Shown here: positions 8,185 through 17,890 of the stretch, in pieces
Layout of the letters: the number at the start of each line of letters is the position of its first letter
Numbering within the stretch: position 1 is the stretch's first letter
Source: a virus
DNA length: 23,450 bases
Reading direction: 5' to 3' (one strand)
Virus genome (UHGV): UHGV-0111899
The notes under the pieces: generated by a model
What the model was told of the DNA's origin: nothing
Seen by the model: the letters and a program-made list of their open reading frames with translations, nothing else
Database searches by the model: none
Translations under genes and position numbers: made by a program

Positions 8185-8846
8185 GCGACTTCTCCCTGTA
8201 CCTGAATCAATGTGAGGTTTCCGCAGAACACTGCGCCGGTATCGATATACATCTGGTTGGCAAATTTGAGTGGTTTCACTGCTGGCGTATGACCAAAGAT
8301 GAACGTGTCCGCGCCTTTGATTTCTTTCACGATCCCGTCTTGTGAGTTGCTGATTCGTTCGCGGTTCCAGATTATCTGCTGATGATCAACTGGCTTTCCG
8401 AACTCGTATTCGTCACAAGGATAGTCGGCGTGGCAGATGACATATTTTTTATCTTTGCTCACCAGTTCGATGATTAACGGAAGTTCATCTGCTTTATGGG
8501 CAAGAGCTTTAGCCAGAATTTCTTTGTCGTAATCGAGATTAAAGAACCAACTACCGCCATTAAGCATCCAGTGATTAACGTTTCCACGCTCTGATAAGCC
8601 ATCAATCATCATTTGCTCATGGTTTCCACGTACAGCTCTGAACCAGGGGAATGTGATTAATTCCAAGCATTCGACGTTCTCTGCACCGCGATCGACCAAA
8701 TCGCCAACCGAGATAAGCAGGTCTTTTTGGGTGTCGAATCCAATCGTATCCAGTTTGTTCATCAGGTTCGTGTAGCATCCGTGCAGGTCGCCAACTACCC
8801 AAATATTTCGGTATTTGCTGCCATCAATTCTTTCGTAATAGCGCAT
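8175..8846 (-). CDS. serine/threonine protein phosphatase (lambda orf221 / NinI-type)
   Basis: From the ATG at 8846 the translation [33 protein letters not shown]...GDLVDRG...GNHE matches recalled lambda protein phosphatase and carries the metallophosphatase motifs. The upstream part of the track ORF overlaps ninH and is rejected. Confidence 0.95.
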
Positions 8847-9030
8847 CTCTTTCACTCCATCCGCGATGAACCATGAGAACGTCGTTGACGATGGCGTGCA
8901 TTTTCCCGTCTTTATCATCAACGTATTTTCTGACCGTACCGCGACTACATTTCAGTCTGCGTGCTACTTCTGTCTGGTTTCCGTATGCTTCAACAAGCAT
9001 GTCTGGAATGGTTTTTACTGAGAACGTCAT
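8824..9030 (-). CDS. ninH: NinH
   Basis: 68-aa translation [39 protein letters not shown]... matches recalled lambda NinH. Confidence 0.9.
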   Translation of the reverse strand: MTFSVKTIPDMLVEAYGNQTEVARRLKCSRGTVRKYVDDKDGKMHAIVNDVLMVHRGWSERDALLRKN

Positions 9031-9641
9031 GCGGCCTCACTTCTGCTGTTTCGCAGGTCTTTGAGTTTCTGTTGGTACTCTGCCTTGATCGCCTTGCACT
9101 CTTCGACAGTCCAGCGATGGCGGTTATGGTTTGATTCGATTTCGTCTACTGCTTCCTGCCCGATGCGGCTAATCAGTTCGACGCGATACAGAACGAGATT
9201 TCCGCTTTTGTGCTGGTTGCACACCACGCATTGCTTGTGAATATTGCGTTCATCAAATCGGAGTTGAGGTGCCGCAGCAGTTGTCCGGTAATGTCCGGCA
9301 TCCCACTGAGCAGACGTGAGCGTTCCGCACGAGATACATGGTAAGTCGCGGTCTCTTTCTCTGATGAAGGCGTTTACGGCTTGTTGGGCTTGTTTAATCC
9401 AGTAACTGCGGGGCTTTAAGGCGAGTTTTCGAATCTTAAGTTTATCTTTCTGTTTCTGCTCCTCTCGTCGTCGTTTCTTCTCTGCTGCTTTTTCCGCTTT
9501 TTCGCGTTCTTTACTTCGTCGTTCGAGTGCTATCTTGGTTCCACACTCTGGAGAGCACCACCACTGATTAGCGAATGCAGGGTGAAACCATTCCCGACAT
9601 TCATCGTTTTTACATCGTCTTCGCGCTGGTTTAGCCATCAT
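9027..9641 (-). CDS. ninG: NinG / Rap recombination-associated protein
   Basis: 204-aa translation [40 protein letters not shown]... matches recalled lambda NinG (Rap). Confidence 0.9.
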   Translation of the reverse strand: MMAKPARRRCKNDECREWFHPAFANQWWCSPECGTKIALERRSKEREKAEKAAEKKRRREEQKQKDKLKIRKLALKPRSYWIKQAQQAVNAFIRERDRDLPCISCGTLTSAQWDAGHYRTTAAAPQLRFDERNIHKQCVVCNQHKSGNLVLYRVELISRIGQEAVDEIESNHNRHRWTVEECKAIKAEYQQKLKDLRNSRSEAA

Positions 9642-9807
9642 CTTCTTCCTCGTGCATCGAGCTATTCGAATCGCTCATCAGTTCTGCACAGCAGTGCTCA
9701 CACACGTGAACTTCCAGCACATGCAGCTTCTGACCGCAGTTAGCGCACGTTAAAGCCCGCTCGACGCTTTCTTTCTGGTATTGAATGGATTGGGATGGGC
9801 TAAGCAT
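9634..9807 (-). CDS. ninF: NinF (57 aa; below the ORF-track size cutoff)
   Basis: Manual minus-strand translation [58 protein letters not shown] matches recalled lambda NinF; its 3' end overlaps the ninG start as in lambda. Confidence 0.85.
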
Positions 9808-10168
9808 TATTGGCGTCCTGCATCATGAGAAAGACAATCATGGCGGCGCGGAGAACATTTTCATGCTCATGCTCACAAACAGGGTTGGCAGAAGCACCGT
9901 GCAAACCGCTTTCGTTCCAGTCCCAGAGAATGTTAACTCCGTTATCAGCAATAATCGGCCATGCGTCTGCTGGGTTTGCGCATGGGTTAAAGGATCCGCG
10001 CTCAACTTCTACTTCAACTGCGTCTCCGTTTACAATGTCTCCCTCAAATGAGACAAACACCATATCGCCATTCTCACCTTCCTTATAATCCGGTGATCCG
10101 TTATGAATGGCTTCGAATACCGCCACGTTGATTTCAAAATCACTTAACTGTGAATAATCCATTGTCAT
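9800..10168 (-). CDS. acidic hypothetical protein between ninE and ninF (P22 NinX-like position)
   Basis: About 120-aa Asp/Glu-rich ORF. ATG at 10168 overlaps the ninE stop (ATGA); a second ATG at 10162 has better SD spacing (GAGGA 7-8 nt upstream). Lambda has no gene at this position. Confidence 0.6.
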   Translation of the reverse strand: MTMDYSQLSDFEINVAVFEAIHNGSPDYKEGENGDMVFVSFEGDIVNGDAVEVEVERGSFNPCANPADAWPIIADNGVNILWDWNESGLHGASANPVCEHEHENVLRAAMIVFLMMQDANNA

Positions 10169-10341
10169 TTCCTCGCACGATTTCTTAGCCACCGGATATC
10201 CCACAGGTGAGCCGTGTAGTTGAAGGTTTTTACGTCAGATTCTTTTGGGATTGGCTTGCGTTTATTTCTGGAGCGTTTCGTTGGAAGGTATTTGCAGTTT
10301 TCGCAGATGATGTCGGTGATGCTTCGTCGCTGTCGTCTCAT
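10165..10341 (-). CDS. ninE: NinE
   Basis: Translation [58 protein letters not shown] matches recalled lambda NinE; ATG overlaps the upstream methyltransferase stop. Confidence 0.85.
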   Translation of the reverse strand: MRRQRRSITDIICENCKYLPTKRSRNKRKPIPKESDVKTFNYTAHLWDIRWLRNRARK

Positions 10342-10865
10342 TCTGCCCTCCTGACGCCCTGCCCGATCGCCATCAATGCCGCTTTGGATACGGTAGTAAA
10401 CATCCGTCGAGGACTGATGAACGGTCGCCAAATCAGCAACATGGAACCTTTGCTGTTTCCCTTCTTCTCCAGCCCTGTCGATGGTTCGATAAAATTAATC
10501 CGTCCATCAGTAATGATGCGAACTTCGTCAATACTCTCCAGAGCCTTGCTGAACCATCCGACAGACATATCCTCTGGCACAAGCATCACTATCGTCTGTC
10601 TCTGTTGTATGCACTGCTCAGCGGCTTTTTCCACCCACGGCCTGATATTGCTGTACGGTGGGTTATTCCAGATTGCACCGTGGCTTATCCACTCAGAATT
10701 TAGCGCGTCGTCAGCCTCAGTTAGCCAGTGAGCGCACAGAGCGTTTTTGTCGCTCGCTGCTGAATCCAGCCAGAATCCAAACTCAATATCCAGCGCATCA
10801 AAAAGCCAGAGCGACGTTTGCCAGCAGTCCTTATCGTGTGCTGGCGTATTTGATTTGATAGTCAT
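10338..10865 (-). CDS. DNA N6-adenine methyltransferase (phage Dam-like; NPPY catalytic motif)
   Basis: About 175-aa ORF from the ATG at 10865 (overlapping the ninB stop); contains ...[20 protein letters not shown]..., the (D/N)PPY motif IV of amino-methyltransferases; occupies the lambda ninC/ninD position. Confidence 0.8.
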   Translation of the reverse strand: MTIKSNTPAHDKDCWQTSLWLFDALDIEFGFWLDSAASDKNALCAHWLTEADDALNSEWISHGAIWNNPPYSNIRPWVEKAAEQCIQQRQTIVMLVPEDMSVGWFSKALESIDEVRIITDGRINFIEPSTGLEKKGNSKGSMLLIWRPFISPRRMFTTVSKAALMAIGQGVRRAE

Positions 10866-11302
10866 GCAGCCCGATCTCCCCATCGCGCTTTCCACTCCAG
10901 AGCCAGTCGCGCTTCGTCTGACCACTTAACGCCATGCTCTGTACCGAATGCCTGTATAAGCTCTAATAGCTCCGCAAATTCGCTTACACGCATCCTGCTG
11001 GTTGACTGGCCTATTACCACAAAGCCATTCCCGGCAAGGTTAGGAACAACGTCCTGCTGCTTTAATGCTGCGGTAAACACACACTTCCAGCTTTCTGCAT
11101 CCAGCCAGCGACCATGCCATTCAACCTGACGAGAGACGTCACCAAGGCAAGCCCAAAGCTTTCGATTCTGGTCTAAACTGCGGTTGCGTTCCTGAATGGT
11201 TACTACGATTGGTTTGGTTGGGTCTGGAAGAATTTGCTGTACCGCGTGAATAGCGTTTTGCTGATGTGCTGGAGATCGAATTTCAAAGGTTAGTTTTTTC
11301 AT
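10862..11302 (-). CDS. ninB: NinB (Orf recombination mediator)
   Basis: From the ATG at 11302, MKKLTFEIRSPAHQQNAIHAVQQILPDPTKPIVVTIQERNRSLDQNRKLW... matches recalled lambda NinB. Confidence 0.9.
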   Translation of the reverse strand: MKKLTFEIRSPAHQQNAIHAVQQILPDPTKPIVVTIQERNRSLDQNRKLWACLGDVSRQVEWHGRWLDAESWKCVFTAALKQQDVVPNLAGNGFVVIGQSTSRMRVSEFAELLELIQAFGTEHGVKWSDEARLALEWKARWGDRAA

Positions 11303-11322
11303 GACTTCCCTCTCCCCCAAAT

Positions 11323-11352
11323 AAAAAGGCCTGCGATTACCAGCAGGCCTGT
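11323..11352 (-). terminator. intrinsic terminator between ren and ninB (tR2-like)
   Basis: Minus strand reads AGGCCTGC-TGGTAATC-GCAGGCCT followed by TTTTTATTT: an 8-bp GC-rich stem with U-run. Confidence 0.6.
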
Positions 11353-11375
11353 TATTAGCTCAGTGATGTAGATGG

Positions 11376-11666
11376 TCATCTTTTAACTCCATATACCGCC
11401 AATACCCGTTTCATCGCGGCACTCTGGCGACACTCCTTAAAAATTAGGTTCGTGCTCATCTTTCCTTCCCGTTCTTCCTTGGTAGCAAACCGGTAATACA
11501 CCGTTCGCCAGACCTTACCTTCGATAACCAGAAGACCTGCCCGTGCCATTTTAGCCGCGGCCTGATTTATGCTGGTTACTGTTGCGCCTGTTAGCGCGGC
11601 AACGTCCGGCGCACAGAAGCTATTATGCGTCCCCAGGTAATGAATAATTGCCTCTTTGCCCGTCAT
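11376..11666 (-). CDS. ren: Ren
   Basis: 96-aa translation MTGKEAIIHYLGTHNSFCAPDVAALTGATVTSINQAAAKMARAG... matches recalled lambda Ren. Confidence 0.9.
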   Translation of the reverse strand: MTGKEAIIHYLGTHNSFCAPDVAALTGATVTSINQAAAKMARAGLLVIEGKVWRTVYYRFATKEEREGKMSTNLIFKECRQSAAMKRVLAVYGVKR

Positions 11667-12364
11667 ACACTTGCTCCTTTCAGTCCGAACTTAGCTTTGA
11701 GTTCTGCGATCTTCGCCAGAGCCTGTGCACGATTTAGAGGTCTACCGCCCATGACAGGAAGTTGTTTTACTGGTTCAGGGATCGCCTCACCACGGTTAAT
11801 TCTCGCAGTCATATGGACAAGCTCATCTGCGGCCTTACGGCGTAATTCCGCATCAGTAAGCGCATTGGCCCGCATGTTCTGATACAGGCTGGTAACCAGC
11901 CAGTAGTGCGCGTTTGATTTCCACGGATAAGACTCCGCATCCGGATACAGGCCTCGCTTCCGGCAATACTCGTAAACCATATCAACCAGCTCGCTGACGT
12001 TTGGCAGTCCGGCGATAACGGATGCTTCTTCCCGGCACCATGCAACAAACTGCCCGGGTGATGGCAGAAATGGTCGATTCTGCCGACGGGCTACGCGCAT
12101 TCCTGCGTTAACCTGTTCCATTGTGGTGATCCCGTTTTCCCGGAAAGCCAGAACCCACTGGCGGCGGATTTCGTTCAGTTCGTTCTGGTCACGGTTAGCC
12201 AGACTCGCCGGGAAAGTTGCCAGTAACTGGCTGAACACACCGTTGATGATCTGCGCTACCTGCTGTACCTGCGGCTTTTCGTCGTACTGTTCCGGCATGT
12301 TGTTGGCGATCCTACGCATCTGCTCACGGTCAAAGTTAACCATCTGTGCGGCGATGTTTTTCAT
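11663..12364 (-). CDS. P: replication protein P (DnaB helicase loader)
   Basis: 233-aa translation MKNIAAQMVNFDREQMRRIANNMPEQYDEKPQVQQVAQIINGVF... matches recalled lambda P. Confidence 0.95.
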   Translation of the reverse strand: MKNIAAQMVNFDREQMRRIANNMPEQYDEKPQVQQVAQIINGVFSQLLATFPASLANRDQNELNEIRRQWVLAFRENGITTMEQVNAGMRVARRQNRPFLPSPGQFVAWCREEASVIAGLPNVSELVDMVYEYCRKRGLYPDAESYPWKSNAHYWLVTSLYQNMRANALTDAELRRKAADELVHMTARINRGEAIPEPVKQLPVMGGRPLNRAQALAKIAELKAKFGLKGASV

Positions 12365-13253
12365 AGATCCACCCCGTAAATCCAGTCTGTGTTTGTCAGG
12401 TCGAGTTTTGGTTTGCTGGCTGTCACGACTGCCTGTTGCTTGTTACGGTTGATTTCGAGCTGGGTCCACTTGTCGCGGAGTTTGGCCGGGCTAAGCACGT
12501 TACCGGACCAGAAGTTGTCCTGGCATGCCCAGCGGAACAGCACGCACATGTCGCGGTGGTTACGTCCGTCACGTTCACGCATCAGGCGGATATCGTTAGC
12601 CCACCCTGCAAAATTCGGTTTTCTGGCTGATGGCGCGATGGTCTTCACCATGTCAAACATCCACTCTGCGGCGGTCAGGTCTTCTGCTGTCCCCCACTTG
12701 CTGCCGCTCTGAATTGCAGCATCCGGTTTCACCACAGAAAGGTCGTTTTCTGGCTGGTCAGAGGATTCGCCAGAATTCTCTGACGAATAATCTTTTCTTT
12801 TGTAATAGTGTCTTTTGTGTCCCCCTGTTTTGAGGGATAGCAATCCCCCAATTTGAGGGATGTTTTATCCCTCGTTTTAGGGGATTTTCCCTCGTTTTGA
12901 GGGATGCACCATTCTGAGATGTTTTTGTTTGGTCCAAACATGCCGCCTTGCTGCTTGATAATATTCATTCTGACGAGTTCTAACTTGGCTTCATTGCACC
13001 GTTTAACAGGTAACTTTGTAATCTCGCTAAGTTGAGAATCGGTGATTCTGTCCATTGGTTTATTCCACCCATAGGTTTTACGCAGAATGGCAAGCAGCAC
13101 TTTAAACTGTCGCTTGGTCAGATCTGCGCCTGAATAAGCCTCAAGCAGCATATTTGATAGTCTGGCGTAACCATCATCGAGATCTGCCACATTACGCTCC
13201 TGTCCGGCAAAGTTACCTCGGCCGAAGTTGAGTATTTTTGCTGTATTTGTCAT
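12361..13253 (-). pseudogene. O: replication initiator O, disrupted by a frameshift (apparent 7-bp deletion within the ori A/T-rich tract)
   Basis: Two track ORFs in different frames, 12729..13253 (O N-terminal domain, 154 matching residues then a 20-aa out-of-frame tail) and 12361..12843 (O C-terminal domain, 145 residues); 154+145 = 299 = lambda O length. The locus spans 893 nt versus the 900 nt needed for an intact gene. Confidence 0.8.
12787..12906. repeat. ori-lambda: four ~19-bp O-binding iterons plus shortened A/T-rich segment
   Basis: Plus-strand iterons gtccccctgttttgaggga, tcccccaatttgagggat, atccctcgttttaggggat, ttccctcgttttgagggat at about 12819-12906; adjacent A/T-rich tract at 12787-12807 is shorter than recalled for lambda. 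Confidence 0.8.
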
Positions 13254-13263
13254 AATGACTCCT

Positions 13264-13341
13264 GTTGATAGATCCAGTAATGACCTCAGAATTCCATCTG
13301 GATTTGTTCAGAACGCTCGGTTGCCGCCGGGCGTTTTTTAT
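13264..13341 (+). ncRNA. oop: OOP antisense RNA (antisense to cII 3' end) with promoter pO and terminator tO
   Basis: Sequence GTTGATAGATCCAGTAATGACCTCAGAATTCCATCTGGATTTGTTCAGAACGCTCGGTTGCCGCCGGGCGTTTTTTATT matches recalled lambda OOP RNA; upstream -35 TTGAGT, 17-nt spacer, -10 CATAAT (13251-13256); GC hairpin plus U-run at the 3' end. Confidence 0.7.
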
Positions 13342-13578
13342 TGGTGAGAATCGAAGCAACTTGTCGTGCCAATCGAGCCATGTCGTCGTCAACGACACCC
13401 CATTCAAGAACAGCAAGCAGCATTGAGAACTTTGGAATCCAGTCCTCTTCCACCTGCTGATCTGCGACTTATCAACGCCCACAGCTTCCGCTGTCTTCTC
13501 AGTTCCAAGCATTGCGATTTTGTTAAGCAACGCACTCTCGATTCGTAGAGCCTCGTTGCGTTTGTTTGCACGAACCAT
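13284..13578 (-). pseudogene. cII: cII transcriptional activator, disrupted by a 1-bp deletion frameshift
   Basis: From the ATG at 13578, MVRANKRNEALRIESALLNKIAMLGTEKTAEAVGVDKSQISRWKR matches recalled lambda CII. The frame then leaves the CII reading frame at about 13441-13451 (CC where lambda is recalled to have CCC); the CII C-terminus (DWIPKFSMLLAVLEWGVVDDDMARLARQV...EQIQMEF) continues in another frame down to 13284. Confidence 0.75.
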
Positions 13579-13657
13579 ATGTAAGTATTTCCTTAGATAA
13601 CAATTGATTGAATGTATGCAAATAAATGCATACACCATAGGTGTGGTTTAATTTGAT

Positions 13658-13689
13658 GCCCTTTTTCAGGGCTGGGATGTGTAAGAGCG
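13658..13689 (-). promoter_or_regulatory. nutR (boxA CGCTCTTACACA, boxB GCCCTGAAAAAGGGC)
   Basis: Minus-strand boxA and hairpin boxB between cro and cII, matching recalled lambda nutR. Confidence 0.7.
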
Positions 13690-13697
13690 GGAATGTC

Positions 13698-15053
<1,356 letters not shown>

Positions 15054-15093
15054 TCCCCACCTCAATCTCGATAACCAAAAAACAAACTATTTT

Positions 15094-15183
15094 CCGTTTA
15101 AAAACAATGGAGTTTGTTTTTCATGCCCCTTTTTTACAATATCTCTTGTTTACAACATACAATCTTTCTTGTAATTTTAAGCC
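15094..15183 (+). promoter_or_regulatory. 434-type left operators OL and promoter pL
   Basis: ACAA-N6-TTGT sites at 15094-15107, 15136-15149 and 15159-15172; putative -35 TTTACA (15149-15154), 17-nt spacer, -10 TAATTT (15172-15177). Transcript start near 15184, where sequence becomes the recalled lambda pL leader (ATCAGCAGGACGCACTGACC...). Confidence 0.65.
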
Positions 15184-15217
15184 ATCAGCAGGACGCACTG
15201 ACCACCATTGAAGGTGA

Positions 15218-15248
15218 TGCTCTTAAAAATTAAGCCCTGAAGAAGGGC
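15218..15248 (+). promoter_or_regulatory. nutL (boxA TGCTCTTAAAAATTAA, boxB GCCCTGAAGAAGGGC)
   Basis: Exact match to recalled lambda nutL boxA/boxB in the pL leader. Confidence 0.8.
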
Positions 15249-15406
15249 AGCATTCAAAGCAGAAGGCTTTGGGGTGTGTGATACGAAACGAAGCATTGGC
15301 CAGAAGTGCGAATCCGGATTAGCTGCAAATGAGCCAATCGTGGGGTGTTTTCGTTCAGGACTACGACTCACACACACCACCAAAGCTAACTGACAAGAGA
15401 ATCCAG

Positions 15407-15730
15407 ATGGATGCACAAACACGCCGCCGCGAACGTCGCGCAGAGAAACAGGCTCAATGGAAAGCAGCAAATCCCCTGTTGGTTGGGGTAAGCGCAAAAC
15501 CAGTTAACCGCCCTATTCTCTCGCTGAATCGCAAACCGAAATCACGAGTAGAAAGCGCACTGAATCCGATAGACCTTACGGTGCTGGCTGAATACCACGA
15601 ACAGATTGAAAGCAACCTGCAACGTATTGAGCGCAAGAATCATCGATTTTGGTATAGCAAGCCAAGTGAGTTCGGTATAACTTGTCAAGGAAGACAAAAG
15701 GTTAAAGGGAAATCCATTCCATTGGCATGA
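15407..15730 (+). CDS. N: antitermination protein N
   Basis: From the ATG at 15407, MDAQTRRRERRAEKQAQWKAANPLLVGVSAKPVNRPILSLNRKPKSRVESALNPIDLTVLAEYH... matches recalled lambda N (Arg-rich boxB-binding motif at the N-terminus). Confidence 0.9.
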   Translation: MDAQTRRRERRAEKQAQWKAANPLLVGVSAKPVNRPILSLNRKPKSRVESALNPIDLTVLAEYHEQIESNLQRIERKNHRFWYSKPSEFGITCQGRQKVKGKSIPLA

Positions 15731-15738
15731 GGTACGTA

Positions 15739-16608
15739 ATGAAGAAAATTGATTACAAGTCCATACCAAAACCAATAGACTCAGCATCAGAGCGAAAAAA
15801 ACACAAAAAAGAGGCTGAAAAATTAGCAAATTATATCAGTTTTATTAGAAACAATGCTCACGGCGATGGCGACAGGAAGTTGCTTTCAGATGCCCGGACC
15901 CAAGCGTTCAGTATACTTCGTAAGCAGATGCAATATCGTCTTCATCCAGGCTACATAATTGAAATTCGCCCGACTGAAAGACAATTGTTCTTATTAAACT
16001 CTGTCTTTGACTTTATAAACGTAGTTGGAGATCTTATCGACAGGTCTGTAGATAAGGCTCCTGATACAAATAGTTTTCTTCTAACAAATAAAGAATACTT
16101 ATATGGTAAATTTGGTATAAACGGATGGCAAAAATATGTACGATTCTTACGTGCATTCGTTGATGCGTATAAAAATTCCGACATGATTTATACATATTTG
16201 CCTGGTGGTGATAATTGTACGCTTTCGGCAGACAATAGAATATTCATACCTATACTTGGTCTTGGGCTGATTAATGCAGTAAATGAAAGAGATGTTATAA
16301 TTGTTAAGCAGTGGCGAAAGCATGAGGGATATAGATATCTGCCATGCTTTGATATATTAAAAATACAGAATAAATTCTATGTAAAAATTAAATATAAAGA
16401 AGATGTTTTCTTCCTCAGAAAAAACAAAGATCTTTTACAAGAACTTTCTGGGACAATAGATGTCATCGTAGGTTCTAGGTTTATAAAAGAACTGAAAGAA
16501 AGCAGGTCTTTCTCTCGTGTAGAGATAAGCGAGTCAGAGTTATGGGGTATATCAAATAATCCTGTAAACCACGCTCACCAACGAAATCCAAACAAAAAGT
16601 GGTCATAA
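15739..16608 (+). CDS. hypothetical protein, AT-rich orphan gene in the pL operon at the lambda ral/sieB position (candidate defence or counter-defence factor)
   Basis: 289-aa ORF from the ATG at 15739 with GAGGT SD 5 nt upstream (an alternative ATG at 15727 overlaps the N stop). Strongly Lys/Asn/Ile/Tyr-rich; by eye about one-third GC against roughly half in flanking genes. No recognised motif. Confidence 0.7.
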   Translation: MKKIDYKSIPKPIDSASERKKHKKEAEKLANYISFIRNNAHGDGDRKLLSDARTQAFSILRKQMQYRLHPGYIIEIRPTERQLFLLNSVFDFINVVGDLIDRSVDKAPDTNSFLLTNKEYLYGKFGINGWQKYVRFLRAFVDAYKNSDMIYTYLPGGDNCTLSADNRIFIPILGLGLINAVNERDVIIVKQWRKHEGYRYLPCFDILKIQNKFYVKIKYKEDVFFLRKNKDLLQELSGTIDVIVGSRFIKELKESRSFSRVEISESELWGISNNPVNHAHQRNPNKKWS

Positions 16609-16796
16609 CCCGCTCAGGCGGCTTTCATTTTCACGCAAACAACAGAATAAACACTGCACTGTGTATTCATTCCAACGAGTGAATACACGGAGCAATGTCG
16701 CTCGTAACTAAACAGGAGTCGACTTGTTCTGATTATTGGAAATCTTCTTTGCCCTCCAGTGTGAAGGCGATTTTTTATCTATGAGGATATGAATAG

Positions 16797-17165
16797 ATGT
16801 CAAACATCAAAAAATACATCATTGATTACGACTGGAAAGCATCAATAGAAATTGAAATCGACCATGACGTAATGACAGAGGAAAAACTTCACCAGATTAA
16901 TAATTTCTGGTCAGACTCTGAATACCGACTCAATAAACACGGCTCTGTATTAAATGCTGTATTAATCATGCTGGCGCAACATGCTCTGCTTATAGCAATT
17001 TCAAGCGACTTAAATGCATATGGTGTTGTGTGTGAGTTCGACTGGAATGATGGAAATGGTCAGGAAGGATGGCCTCCAATGGATGGTAGCGAAGGAATAA
17101 GAATTACCGATATCGATACATCAGGAATATTTGATTCAGATGATATGACTATCAAGGCCGCCTGA
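16797..17165 (+). CDS. Ea10-like early protein
   Basis: 122-aa ORF with GAGGA SD; size and position upstream of cIII match lambda ea10, and the sequence resembles my recollection of it, though I cannot verify residue-level identity. Confidence 0.65.
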   Translation: MSNIKKYIIDYDWKASIEIEIDHDVMTEEKLHQINNFWSDSEYRLNKHGSVLNAVLIMLAQHALLIAISSDLNAYGVVCEFDWNDGNGQEGWPPMDGSEGIRITDIDTSGIFDSDDMTIKAA

Positions 17166-17237
17166 GTGCGGCTTTACCGCATACCAATAACGCTTCACTC
17201 GAGGCGTTTTTCGTTATGTATAAATAAGGAGCACACC

Positions 17238-17402
17238 ATGCAATATGCCATTGCAGGGTGGCCTGTTGCTGGCTGCCCTTCCGAATCTTTACTTGAACGA
17301 ATCACCCGTAAATTACGTGACGGATGGAAACGCCTTATCGACATACTTAATCAGCCAGGAGTCCCAAAAAATGGATCAAACACTTATGGCTATCCAGACT
17401 AA
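17238..17402 (+). CDS. cIII: CIII (FtsH inhibitor protecting CII)
   Basis: Translation [54 protein letters not shown] matches recalled lambda CIII (54 aa); AAGGAG SD upstream. Confidence 0.9.
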   Translation: MQYAIAGWPVAGCPSESLLERITRKLRDGWKRLIDILNQPGVPKNGSNTYGYPD

Positions 17403-17514
17403 ATTCACTATCGCCACTTTTATTGGCGATGAAAAGATGTTTCGTGAGGCCGTCGACGCTTATAAAAAATGGATATTAATACTGAAACTGAGATCAAGCA
17501 AAAGCATTCACTAA
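17371..17514 (+). CDS. kil: Kil (host cell-division inhibitor)
   Basis: Translation [47 protein letters not shown] (47 aa) matches recalled lambda Kil; overlaps the cIII 3' end and gam 5' end as in lambda; AGGAG SD. Confidence 0.8.
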   Translation: MDQTLMAIQTKFTIATFIGDEKMFREAVDAYKKWILILKLRSSKSIH

Positions 17515-17885
17515 CCCCCTTTCCTGTTTTCCTAATCAGCCCGGCATTTCGCGGGCGATATTTTCACAGCTATTTCAGGAGTTCAGCCATGAACGCTTAT
17601 TACATTCAGGATCGTCTTGAGGCTCAGAGCTGGACGCGTCACTACCAGCAGATCGCCCGTGAAGAGAAAGAGGCAGAACTGGCAGACGACATGGAAAAAG
17701 GCCTGCCCCAGCACCTGTTTGAATCGCTATGCATCGATCATTTGCAACGCCACGGGGCCAGCAAAAAAGCCATTACCCGTGCGTTCGATGACGATGTTGA
17801 GTTTCAGGAGCGCATGGCAGAACACATCCGGTACATGGTTGAAACTATTGCCCGCCACCAGGTTGATATTGATTCAGAGGTATAA
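17469..17885 (+). CDS. gam: Gam (RecBCD inhibitor)
   Basis: 138-aa translation [55 protein letters not shown]... matches recalled lambda Gam. Confidence 0.9.
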   Translation: MDINTETEIKQKHSLTPFPVFLISPAFRGRYFHSYFRSSAMNAYYIQDRLEAQSWTRHYQQIAREEKEAELADDMEKGLPQHLFESLCIDHLQRHGASKKAITRAFDDDVEFQERMAEHIRYMVETIARHQVDIDSEV

Positions 17886-17890
17886 AACGG

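Noticed and set aside
15177-15497. Minus-strand track ORF across the pL leader, nutL and N start
   Set aside because: It is antisense to nutL and the N 5' end, which match lambda regulatory sequence; it is not a plausible gene.
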